From NCBI GenBank assembly GCA_965372795.1, contig CBDVDR010000003.1, positions 32,001 through 96,000 on the forward strand: a stretch of 64,000 nt of DNA, read 5' to 3'. Each line of letters starts with the position of its first letter. Position 1 is the first letter of the stretch. The translations under genes were made by a program, and so were the position numbers. The notes beneath the pieces were generated by a model. That model made no database searches. It saw nothing but the letters and a program-made list of their open reading frames with translations, and was not told the origin of the DNA. Below are positions 51,795 through 59,994 of the stretch, one piece after another. Origin of the DNA: an uncultured bacterium. GTDB lineage: Bacteria; Zixibacteria; MSB-5A5; GN15; FEB-12.

Positions 51795-52283
51795 ATGGGT
51801 TGGTTCACAAAGATTTTTTCTGGAAGCGTTGGCACATTAGTTGAAAAAGTTGGGGGAGTGGTTGATGGTTTTCATCTAAGTGGAGAAGAAAAACAGAAAT
51901 TCAAAGTTGAGATGGAGGCTTTACTTCAAAAACGAGATTCTGAAATTGAAGAGACAATAAGAACGCAATTACAAGCAAAAGAAAGAATTCTGGTTGCTGA
52001 ATTAACTCAGGGTGACAGTTATACTAAACGTGCCCGTCCCACCGTTGTCTATGCCGGATTAGGCTTTATTTTCTATATTTATTGTTTAGTACCTGTTGTT
52101 GCGCAAATTTTTAATGCACAAATGCCTATGATGGAACTTCCCACCGCCTTTTGGGCAGGTTGGTCGGGAATTGTGGCAACCTGGAGTATAGGCCGAACCG
52201 TGGAAAAAAGAGGTGGCGGGAATCGAGTTACCAGAGCAATAACAGGCAGTCGTCTTTTTGATGATGATGCGCCCGAAGGATAA
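51795..52283 (+). CDS. Holin-like protein (GTA 3TM-holin type)
   Basis: LVEKVGGVVDGFHLSGEEK, IL.AE..GDSYTKRARP followed by TM segments, GRTVEK; AGGAGG RBS. Confidence 0.75.
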   Translation: MGWFTKIFSGSVGTLVEKVGGVVDGFHLSGEEKQKFKVEMEALLQKRDSEIEETIRTQLQAKERILVAELTQGDSYTKRARPTVVYAGLGFIFYIYCLVPVVAQIFNAQMPMMELPTAFWAGWSGIVATWSIGRTVEKRGGGNRVTRAITGSRLFDDDAPEG

Positions 52284-52291
52284 ATTTTATT

Positions 52292-53119
52292 TTGATAATT
52301 AAAGATCATAAACTGGAAGGTGATAAAGTCACTTATCAAGGGTCGCCAAATTTTGGAGCCAAATTTGATAATAATGATCTGGATACAATAATAATTCATT
52401 ATACGGCAGGTTCATCGGCGGAGTCATCAGTTAGAACGTTATGTAACCCAGATTCAAAATCCTCGGCACATCTGGTAATAGGTCGGAACGGTTCAATATT
52501 TCAATTAGTACCCTTTGATACTATATCCTGGCACGCTGGCAAAAGTAGTTATTCCGGCCGTCATGGTTTCAATAAGTATTCTATTGGGATTGAAATAGAT
52601 AATGCCGGAAAATTATCACACAGCGGTGATAAGTATGTTTCCTGGTTTGGGAAGAATTATAAAGAAAATGAAGCCTTAAAAGCTATTCATAAAAATGAAA
52701 CAGAATCCGGTTATTGGCATATTTATAATGAAATCCAACTCAGCTTGGTTCAGGAAATTTGTTCGCTTCTTATAAGTAACTATGGAATTAAAAGTATTTT
52801 AGGTCATGATGAAGTCTCACCGGGGCGAAAAATAGATCCCGGTCCTGCCTTTCCAATTGATAAAATAAGAGAACATTTACTTTTTAGTGATCGCAGTAGT
52901 GATCGCCCGATTGAAGTCCCTATCAATAAAAACCAAGGAATAATTACAGCATCTAAATTGAATTGCAGATCAGAACCATATATTAGTTCCAAAATTGTTA
53001 GGGAACCTCTATCGAAAGGTGATATTGTTGAGATTCTTCATGAAAGTGATGGCTGGTATAAGATAGAATCCAAAATTTATGTCTGGGTAAAGAAGGATTA
53101 CGTCAAAACTATAAAATAG
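52292..53119 (+). CDS. N-acetylmuramoyl-L-alanine amidase (Amidase_2) with C-terminal SH3b
   Basis: IIIHYTAG, SAHLVI, SWHAG, SIGIEIDN, GHDEVSPGRKIDPGPAF; LNCRSEP...GWYKI; no signal peptide. Confidence 0.92.
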   Translation: MIIKDHKLEGDKVTYQGSPNFGAKFDNNDLDTIIIHYTAGSSAESSVRTLCNPDSKSSAHLVIGRNGSIFQLVPFDTISWHAGKSSYSGRHGFNKYSIGIEIDNAGKLSHSGDKYVSWFGKNYKENEALKAIHKNETESGYWHIYNEIQLSLVQEICSLLISNYGIKSILGHDEVSPGRKIDPGPAFPIDKIREHLLFSDRSSDRPIEVPINKNQGIITASKLNCRSEPYISSKIVREPLSKGDIVEILHESDGWYKIESKIYVWVKKDYVKTIK

Positions 53120-53226
53120 ATTAGTTTCGTCTAAATTGTAAAATCTAATCAAACAGGTTGTGTCTGGGAATCCCTCATTAAGATTGCAGGTGTTTACAAT
53201 TAATACAAATTCAAGAAAAATAAAGA

Positions 53227-53402
53227 TGGCAGGATCACAACGATCTTGTCCAACTTGGAATGATCTTTAGATTAGTTAACAACAGGAAATGGGTTACTTA
53301 AAATTGATAAGGATCATTAATGGTGATGGGATAGATAGAAAGGGGCAGACGAGGTCGTCTGCCGCCCACGGAGATGGCAGGATCACAGGGATTCTGCCCA
53401 AC
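53227..53402. repeat. Two REP-like copies (53227-53254, 53375-53402) flanking a partial module D
   Basis: TGGCAGGATCACA...CCAACTTGGAATGATCT occurs twice around the module D core. Confidence 0.8.
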
Positions 53403-53488
53403 TTGGAATGATCTGTAAAGTCAATTATTACAAAAGATCACATCTTAAATTCAAATAACTTCATATAAAATTAGACTTCGTGATTCAG

Positions 53489-53542
53489 GAACGATTGTTC
53501 CCCGTTAGTTCATCGAAATCACAATATCTGAACGATAGTTCA
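53489..53542. promoter_or_regulatory. Pair of GAAC-N4-GTTC palindromes (candidate regulator sites)
   Basis: GAACGATTGTTC at 53489-53500 and TGAACGATAGTTCA at 53529-53542, 41 bp apart. Confidence 0.55.
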
Positions 53543-53573
53543 TTTCCTGTTCATGTGTACCAACAACTTACCT

Positions 53574-53589
53574 TGGCACAGTTTCTGCA
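53574..53589 (+). promoter_or_regulatory. Sigma54 (RpoN) -24/-12 promoter
   Basis: TGGCACAGTTTCTGCA with GG-N10-GC spacing, upstream of an operon that abuts a sigma54 activator gene. Confidence 0.82.
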
Positions 53590-53747
53590 TAGTTAACTGT
53601 AAATGTTAACACTAAACAAAATCAAATTATCACACAGGGAGGGTAAGGAATGGTAGAACTTTCGAAAGGGTGATTATTAAAATCGCCAATGAATGTAGGG
53701 AATAAATTTTTGAACAATAAAACAAACTAATGTGAAAGGATTTTATT

Positions 53748-54395
53748 ATGCATGATTTGGATCAGGTCTCATTGGAAATGGATGATTACGAAACAGAGTA
53801 TCTTGAAGATGATGCTGAAAATTTTGCTGATGAGTATGGTTTTGATGATGAGAGTCCCTTTGATGATGCAGAAGAGATGGAGTTAGCTTCTGAGTTGTTA
53901 TCTGTATCAAACGATGAAGAATTGGAATATTTCCTGGGTAGTCTCATCAAGCGAGTATATCGCGGTGTTAAGAAAGTTGCCAGAAGTCCAATTGTCAGAG
54001 CTATTGCAAAGGTAGCAAGACCGCTGGTCAAGAAAGCATTGCCATGGGCTGGCCGCGCAGTGGGAACCTATTTTGGTGGACCTGCCGGTGGTGCTCTTGG
54101 TGGAAGATTGGCATCGTTTGCAGCCTCTAAATTAGAAATTGATCTGACCGGACTTACTCAGGAAGAAGCAGAATTTGAAGTTGCCCGTAAGATGGTAAAA
54201 TTGATTGGTGCTGCGGCTAAGAAAGCTGCTACTATGCCTCAAACAGGATCACCCGCTGCGGTTGCATCTACTGCTATAAAATCAGCTGCTAAGAAAATCG
54301 CTCCCGGTTTAGTACAAAGTGCTCATAAAGCATTTGGATCAAGAAGCGGTCGCTGGGTTCGTCATGGACGTAAAATTATCATCCACGGAGCATAA
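53748..54395 (+). CDS. Hypothetical protein with alternating acidic and cationic amphipathic blocks
   Basis: 26 D/E and no K/R in residues 1-60; then 14 K/R and no D/E with GGPAGGALGG; AAAGGA RBS. Confidence 0.85.
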   Translation: MHDLDQVSLEMDDYETEYLEDDAENFADEYGFDDESPFDDAEEMELASELLSVSNDEELEYFLGSLIKRVYRGVKKVARSPIVRAIAKVARPLVKKALPWAGRAVGTYFGGPAGGALGGRLASFAASKLEIDLTGLTQEEAEFEVARKMVKLIGAAAKKAATMPQTGSPAAVASTAIKSAAKKIAPGLVQSAHKAFGSRSGRWVRHGRKIIIHGA

Positions 54396-54406
54396 GGAAT
54401 TATCAA

Positions 54407-55756
54407 TTGATACGCAATTCTTCAAAATATCTCTTGGATCAAGAAGCTCACGCTCTTTTATCACGACTTGATAGTGTAAAGCCGTTTTCTATGCACATGC
54501 CGATGGTCATGGCGGCGGCTATATCTCCAGCGGCTATGTCGGCGATAGAAAACATGATTCAAGTTCAGGGTAAGCGATTGAGGACGATGATCAAATCTTT
54601 TATCATCTGGTTAAAATCATCAGAAGGTCAAAGATCATCTCCTCAAATAGCCCAAAAGAAATTCACACTGTTGAGATTACGCTTTGGCATTATCTTGTCG
54701 CAGTTTGATATCTTTGCGGAAGCTGTTACCCAGCGAAGTGAACATGAGTATGGAGTGAGTTTATCGGCTTTGGATGTTCTTGCCGAGGATGCTTTGAAGA
54801 TTGACGGGTTCAGTTTTGATGAACCACCGATGATTTGTTATTTGGATCGTGGTTTGGGTGCGGCAATTCGCCGCGCCCAGACTAAGTTACCGGGTGGCAC
54901 TAAAAATCCGGTTTCTATTATCCGTGTTCCGCGTGAAAGAATGATCGGATCTGCTGTTGCCAGTTCGATTGTTCATGAAGTTGGCCATCAAGCGGCAGCA
55001 ATATTGGATCTTGTACCGGCTGTTAAGAAAACTTTTTCTAAAATGGTGGCACAGGATAAACAACATGCTGATATATGGTCAGTTTATCAACGATGGACTT
55101 CAGAAATGCTTGCCGATTTTTGGAGTGTGGGAAAAGTAGGCATTACCGGTTGTTTGGGCATTATGTCTGTTGTCAGTCTGCCCCGACCATTGGTATTCCA
55201 TTTTTCCGAACGTGACGTACATCCAACCCCCTGGTTAAGAGTCAAGCTTAGCTGTGCAATGGGTAATCTATTATACCCTCATCCTCAATGGATGAAATTA
55301 GCCGGTATGTGGGAAGAATTGTTTCCATTGGATGGACTTGATTCAAAAGTACGTCTCAAAATTGAACGGTTACAACGCTTTATTCCTCAAGTTGTATCTT
55401 TGATTGGGAGCCATAAATGTAATAAATTAAATGGGAAACAATTAAAAGAAATAATGCCTGTCGAGTCCCGACAACCAGATCAGTTACTTTCCAGATTTTC
55501 AAAATGGAAAGGACAGACGCAACTGATGAACGAAGATCCTCCGACCTTAACATTTGCTGTAATTGGGCAGGCGAAATTCAACAGACTATTAAACCCGATG
55601 GATGAAAGTCCTCTTTTAGACAGCATTTTTAAGTACTGGGCGTTGAAAAGGGCAATCAATACCGGGCGAAAATGTACTATGGGAGACTTACAGACGAAAA
55701 AAATGAATAATCGTGAGTATATGTTATCTAGAAAGGAGATTAACTATGCCAATTGA
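54407..55756 (+). CDS. HEXXH-motif protein (putative gluzincin-like metallopeptidase)
   Basis: SSIVHEVGHQ, downstream WTSEMLADFW and DVHPTPWLRV. Confidence 0.75.
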   Translation: MIRNSSKYLLDQEAHALLSRLDSVKPFSMHMPMVMAAAISPAAMSAIENMIQVQGKRLRTMIKSFIIWLKSSEGQRSSPQIAQKKFTLLRLRFGIILSQFDIFAEAVTQRSEHEYGVSLSALDVLAEDALKIDGFSFDEPPMICYLDRGLGAAIRRAQTKLPGGTKNPVSIIRVPRERMIGSAVASSIVHEVGHQAAAILDLVPAVKKTFSKMVAQDKQHADIWSVYQRWTSEMLADFWSVGKVGITGCLGIMSVVSLPRPLVFHFSERDVHPTPWLRVKLSCAMGNLLYPHPQWMKLAGMWEELFPLDGLDSKVRLKIERLQRFIPQVVSLIGSHKCNKLNGKQLKEIMPVESRQPDQLLSRFSKWKGQTQLMNEDPPTLTFAVIGQAKFNRLLNPMDESPLLDSIFKYWALKRAINTGRKCTMGDLQTKKMNNREYMLSRKEINYAN

Positions 55757-57638
55757 ACTTATTTACTCGTCAGGACCATTTTTTGAAGAGGAGATCTTTG
55801 AGATTGTGATCTCAGGTCATGAAAGTGGGAATGAGTATAATATAATCGTTGAAGGACCTTCAAAAAGTTTAAAATGGGAATGGACTCAGAATTCCGGGAG
55901 ATTTGATTGGCCCAGGATTGATAGTTCCGGAAATAATACCCAGGATTTAATTGGCACTCAAATCCCAATTGCAACTTTTAAGTCAAATTATGGTGCTTAT
56001 GCACCTGCGGGTTCTTATCAGGTTACAGTCCAATTAATAGATAAAAAGGCAAGAAATAAAGCGTCTAAAATTATTGAAACTATTGTAAGCGACTTTCAGA
56101 TTCAGATTCAATTGCCACCCACGAATGTTCAACCTCCGGCACAGGCGAATGCAGCAATTGATGCCATGCAAAATATTAATTCTACATTAGAAAAGGCTGG
56201 AAGTACACGTTTGCTTCCTCCGGGGCATGAAGTCACTGAGAATTTAGCCCTATGGGGGGTGATTAAAGGATCGGTTATTGAATTTGATAAACTTGAGAAA
56301 AAGCTGCTTGAAGTAATGTGTAATGAACAAATAAATGATCATGAAAATGATCATGATAAAATTCCCGAAAAAATTACTTCAAAACGCCAGTCGTTAAAAG
56401 ATATTAATTTAGCTAAAAATTTAAGCAATAATAAAGATCGAACCAATAAAGATATTTATTGGGATGCGAATTCTTATGAAACATTAAAAAATCAAACCGA
56501 TATTTTTCTGCTTGAAGAAGTTGGTTCCGAATGGGATGTTAAAAAAATAGCTGAAGTAATTCAAAAGAAGCTCAAGAAATATATTGACCATCCATCAGTC
56601 ATTTCGGAATCAAAAATCCAGGAATGGATTGAAAATTATAAGTGTGAAAACCTTGATTGCTATGTATTTCCATATCTTTGTGACATCAAAGAAGTCAAAG
56701 ATATGCCTGAGCCGGATGAATCAAACTGTAAGGGGGTTTTACAACAAAGAATGTGTCATCCCTTATTAGTTGAGCTAATCTGGTGTTATTGGCATGAAGA
56801 ATCAATGCTTTCTCAGGCAATGAAAGCAATCAACTTGCGTTTTCAAAATAAACGTATGAAAAAGGGTCCTGATGCGCTTAGTGCTCTGAATACAAATCCT
56901 TTAAGAAAGTTAAGCAATCTTCTCTGGGGTCATATTCAAGAAGAACAAAAACGCTTAACAGTAAAAAGGAGAGCATACGAGTATGACCATCATTATGGTA
57001 TAACATTGCATGGTGATGCGGTTGGAACATTTATGCCGGCCGATAGTCGTACCAGATTTCTTGAATCATTTCATCGCTTACTTCATCTTTGTACTAACTT
57101 TTACAAAGAATTTGATGATATGACAATTCAGGCTGACGGATTTCCAATTAAAAGCGCCTTGCGTGAAGTTCACATGAATCTCGCCGAAGGTGCTCATAAT
57201 CAATATGGTGATATGCCCTGGATTGCAAAAAGAGAAATGCTAATTGAACAATTTATACTTTCCCGTCCGGAAATGAGAGAATTTTTGGGTGGCAGAGTGA
57301 TGGTTCCTTATAAAGAAGGATGGATGGAAGCAGTTGACACTATGAAACGTTTACAGGGGTGGACTGATACCAGTGTCGAACAATTTGCCTCACTGGGACG
57401 CCTTGGTGAACAAATTATACTTTCAATTCGATATGGAAACTGGAATGCAGAAGGAATTAATGCTGATCATGCTTACCAATGGGCAGCCTTTTGGAGAGAT
57501 GAAATTCAGGATTATATCCACTCTTACCGGTCTGTGTCAGGTGTTGATTTAACTGAACCAAGTCAGGTGGATGGAACTCAACCATCGGTCCATCTAAAAA
57601 CCAGATTAGATGCCCAACAAAAGAAAGTTGCCGGTTAA
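55746..57638 (+). CDS. Hypothetical protein, 630 aa, no recognised catalytic motif
   Basis: AAGGAG RBS before ATG 55746, overlapping the previous stop; Trp/His-rich helical C-terminal half. Confidence 0.8.
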   Translation: MPIELIYSSGPFFEEEIFEIVISGHESGNEYNIIVEGPSKSLKWEWTQNSGRFDWPRIDSSGNNTQDLIGTQIPIATFKSNYGAYAPAGSYQVTVQLIDKKARNKASKIIETIVSDFQIQIQLPPTNVQPPAQANAAIDAMQNINSTLEKAGSTRLLPPGHEVTENLALWGVIKGSVIEFDKLEKKLLEVMCNEQINDHENDHDKIPEKITSKRQSLKDINLAKNLSNNKDRTNKDIYWDANSYETLKNQTDIFLLEEVGSEWDVKKIAEVIQKKLKKYIDHPSVISESKIQEWIENYKCENLDCYVFPYLCDIKEVKDMPEPDESNCKGVLQQRMCHPLLVELIWCYWHEESMLSQAMKAINLRFQNKRMKKGPDALSALNTNPLRKLSNLLWGHIQEEQKRLTVKRRAYEYDHHYGITLHGDAVGTFMPADSRTRFLESFHRLLHLCTNFYKEFDDMTIQADGFPIKSALREVHMNLAEGAHNQYGDMPWIAKREMLIEQFILSRPEMREFLGGRVMVPYKEGWMEAVDTMKRLQGWTDTSVEQFASLGRLGEQIILSIRYGNWNAEGINADHAYQWAAFWRDEIQDYIHSYRSVSGVDLTEPSQVDGTQPSVHLKTRLDAQQKKVAG

Positions 57639-57655
57639 AAGGAATAAGAAAATAG

Positions 57656-58762
57656 ATGCTGGATTTTACTTCGGCTCTTTATCTGGGAATGAAGCACCCG
57701 AGCTGGTCTCTGCCATCATGGGACCAGCTTACTTTGGGTGTTCCGGGAATTCTTTATGAGCCGCCAATTGTAACCAAATTATCTGGTGAACTATCAAGAC
57801 TAATTGGTTGTAGATGCGCAACTTTTGCACCCTCAACCTTACATCTCTTTTGGGATTTGTTTAACTCGCTCCGAGCCTACAATGTAAAAATATTTTATGA
57901 TTCCGGAATTTACAATATTGCACGGTGGGGAATAGAGCGGGCTGAATATAAAGGTATTAAAGCCTTTCAATTTTCGCATCATGATCTGTTCTCTCTGCGA
58001 CTATTGCTTCAGGAACAAATTAGTGGAAGGTGCAAGCCGATAATAGTTTGTGATGGTGTTTGTCCGACCTGCGGAGATTATGCTCCCCTTAATGATTATT
58101 ATGAAATCATTCGGGATTTTGGAGGACAATTGATAATTGATGATACCCAGGCATTGGGAATTTTGGGGAAATCTCCTTCGGGAAGTAATCCTTTTGGACA
58201 CGGAGGGGGTGGCAGTTTGCAATATCATAATATCGGAGGACCGGAAATTGTTGTAATCGGATCTTTGGCAAAAGGTTTTGGTGTACCGGCGGCTGTGATG
58301 GCATCAGGAAAAAAAATGATGAAAAATTTTAAAAATAAAAGTAAAACCAATATTAGCTGCAGTCCGGCATCATTGGCGGATTACAGCGCAATTTCACGAG
58401 CCTTGATATTGAATAAAAATTGCGGTGAAAAACTCAGAACAAAACTTTTAAGAAATATCATCTTCTTCAATACTATTATAAATAAAAATTCAAACCTGTC
58501 TGATAATATATTTCCAATTCAATCCATCAATTTTCAAAATAATAACATGGCTTATGATACGTTTTTACAACTTAAGCAATCAGGAATAACAACTGTTTTG
58601 AGTGAAAATGAATTTAAAAATCCCTGTATCAAATTATTAATTACATCATCGCATACTCAAAAAGAGTTATATAAAACAGCTTCAATAATAAATAAAATTA
58701 TGAATCGAAATTCTTACCATTTTCAAAGTAGCGGAGGGTTGTATGGCAGTGTGTCGATGTAA
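57656..58762 (+). CDS. PLP-dependent class II aminotransferase (alpha-oxoamine synthase/BioF-like)
   Basis: LDFTSALYLG, FSHHD, VCDGV, IDDTQALGILG, GSLAKGFG (PLP lysine). Confidence 0.85.
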   Translation: MLDFTSALYLGMKHPSWSLPSWDQLTLGVPGILYEPPIVTKLSGELSRLIGCRCATFAPSTLHLFWDLFNSLRAYNVKIFYDSGIYNIARWGIERAEYKGIKAFQFSHHDLFSLRLLLQEQISGRCKPIIVCDGVCPTCGDYAPLNDYYEIIRDFGGQLIIDDTQALGILGKSPSGSNPFGHGGGGSLQYHNIGGPEIVVIGSLAKGFGVPAAVMASGKKMMKNFKNKSKTNISCSPASLADYSAISRALILNKNCGEKLRTKLLRNIIFFNTIINKNSNLSDNIFPIQSINFQNNNMAYDTFLQLKQSGITTVLSENEFKNPCIKLLITSSHTQKELYKTASIINKIMNRNSYHFQSSGGLYGSVSM

Positions 58763-59969
58763 TAAAAGACAAAATGAATTTTTAGATGATGAGTGGATTG
58801 GAAGTTATAACCTGGAGCAATATAATATTCTGAATAAACAACAAATAGATCCGGAAATATTGTTATCTGAAAATGAGTTTACCGAAACGGAGATGTCCAA
58901 TGAATCAGAAGATGAATTAGAAAATGAATTTGCAATTACAAATGAGATATCATCAACTCGCAACCGTACTTATGTGAAATGGGTTCAACATTCTCTAAAT
59001 AAAATATTGGGCATAAGACTTGGGGTCGATGGCATTTATGGAAGAAATACAAAACAAGCATTAAAATATTTTCAAACATTTGCAGGTATTTCTGTTGACG
59101 GGATTGTTGGCTCTCAAACAGAAAAAGCACTTACTGAATATAGTACTATAAAAAAGCCAGTTGCTATATCTTCATCCCGTTCACATCAAGTTGATTCAGT
59201 TCGTTGGTGTCCTGTAAAAAGTAAAAGAGCAACTTTGAAATGCACATCTCCCGGAACAAAAAAATGTCCAGCTATATCAAAATTATTATGTGTACCTCAT
59301 ATCAATCAAATCCCACTTGAGTATGTCTCAGGAGTAGGGGTTGATCGCAAAACAGGTTTGCAGGTTATTACTCGCAGAACAACAAGGACAAATTTCAAAA
59401 TGACGTCCGGTGTATATAAAGGATTGGCTGGATTTGTGATATATATGAAGAAATTTGGAATACCGGTTGAAGCAATACTATCTCAAGGGGCGCATCTTTG
59501 CCGCTGTGTCGGTAGAACTAACAGATTATCACAACACTCATATGGCAATGCGTTTGATTTTGCCGGAGTCAGATGGGCACTGATAAACAAACCTCCCAGT
59601 CGTTTAAGGGAAACAATCGTTCATAATTATTGGAATATAGAGCAACGCGGGCTGCTCAGGAGGATAAATGCATGCCTCCGTTTAAACTTCAGTCTGGTTC
59701 TTGATTATAATTATAACTCCGATCATTTTTCTCATTTTCATGTCGAGGCGGGGAGTGGTATGAACCCCCGAAGCAGGAGTACGATCCTATTTGTTCAAGA
59801 GGCGCTTGGACATATTCTTCAACGAGATATATCTGTTAATGGGAGGATGGATGCTTATACCCAGCAGGCGATAATTGATTATTCCGGGAATGATGAAAGT
59901 GTAATTTCCAACAGCACTGAATTAAATAGTATTTTCAAAAACTTGTTTTCAGAAATTGCTGCCGGATAG
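58743..59969 (+). CDS. Acidic leader plus peptidoglycan-binding domain plus extensin-like/M15-type Zn peptidase
   Basis: VKWVQHSLN..VDGIYGRNTKQALKYFQ..VDGIVG.QT; CR...RLSQHSYGNAFD and HFSHFHVE; second degenerate PG-binding repeat. Confidence 0.8.
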   Translation: MAVCRCNKRQNEFLDDEWIGSYNLEQYNILNKQQIDPEILLSENEFTETEMSNESEDELENEFAITNEISSTRNRTYVKWVQHSLNKILGIRLGVDGIYGRNTKQALKYFQTFAGISVDGIVGSQTEKALTEYSTIKKPVAISSSRSHQVDSVRWCPVKSKRATLKCTSPGTKKCPAISKLLCVPHINQIPLEYVSGVGVDRKTGLQVITRRTTRTNFKMTSGVYKGLAGFVIYMKKFGIPVEAILSQGAHLCRCVGRTNRLSQHSYGNAFDFAGVRWALINKPPSRLRETIVHNYWNIEQRGLLRRINACLRLNFSLVLDYNYNSDHFSHFHVEAGSGMNPRSRSTILFVQEALGHILQRDISVNGRMDAYTQQAIIDYSGNDESVISNSTELNSIFKNLFSEIAAG

Positions 59970-59994
59970 AAACAATATTTATGAATGACTCAGC

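Noticed and set aside
46847..53420. Classical integron (attC cassette array)
   Set aside because: No intI and no consistent RYYYAAC...GTTRRRY hairpins after the genes; only the dehydrogenase shows a suggestive GTTATT (49165) / AATAAC (50157) pair, which could be chance
53650..53673. 7-codon uORF (MVELSKG) with a purine-rich RBS-like stretch in the sigma54 leader
   Set aside because: Too short to support without conservation or ribosome-profiling data
57656..58762. bioF of biotin synthesis
   Set aside because: Altered motifs, missing N-terminal arm and no other bio genes; symbol withheld
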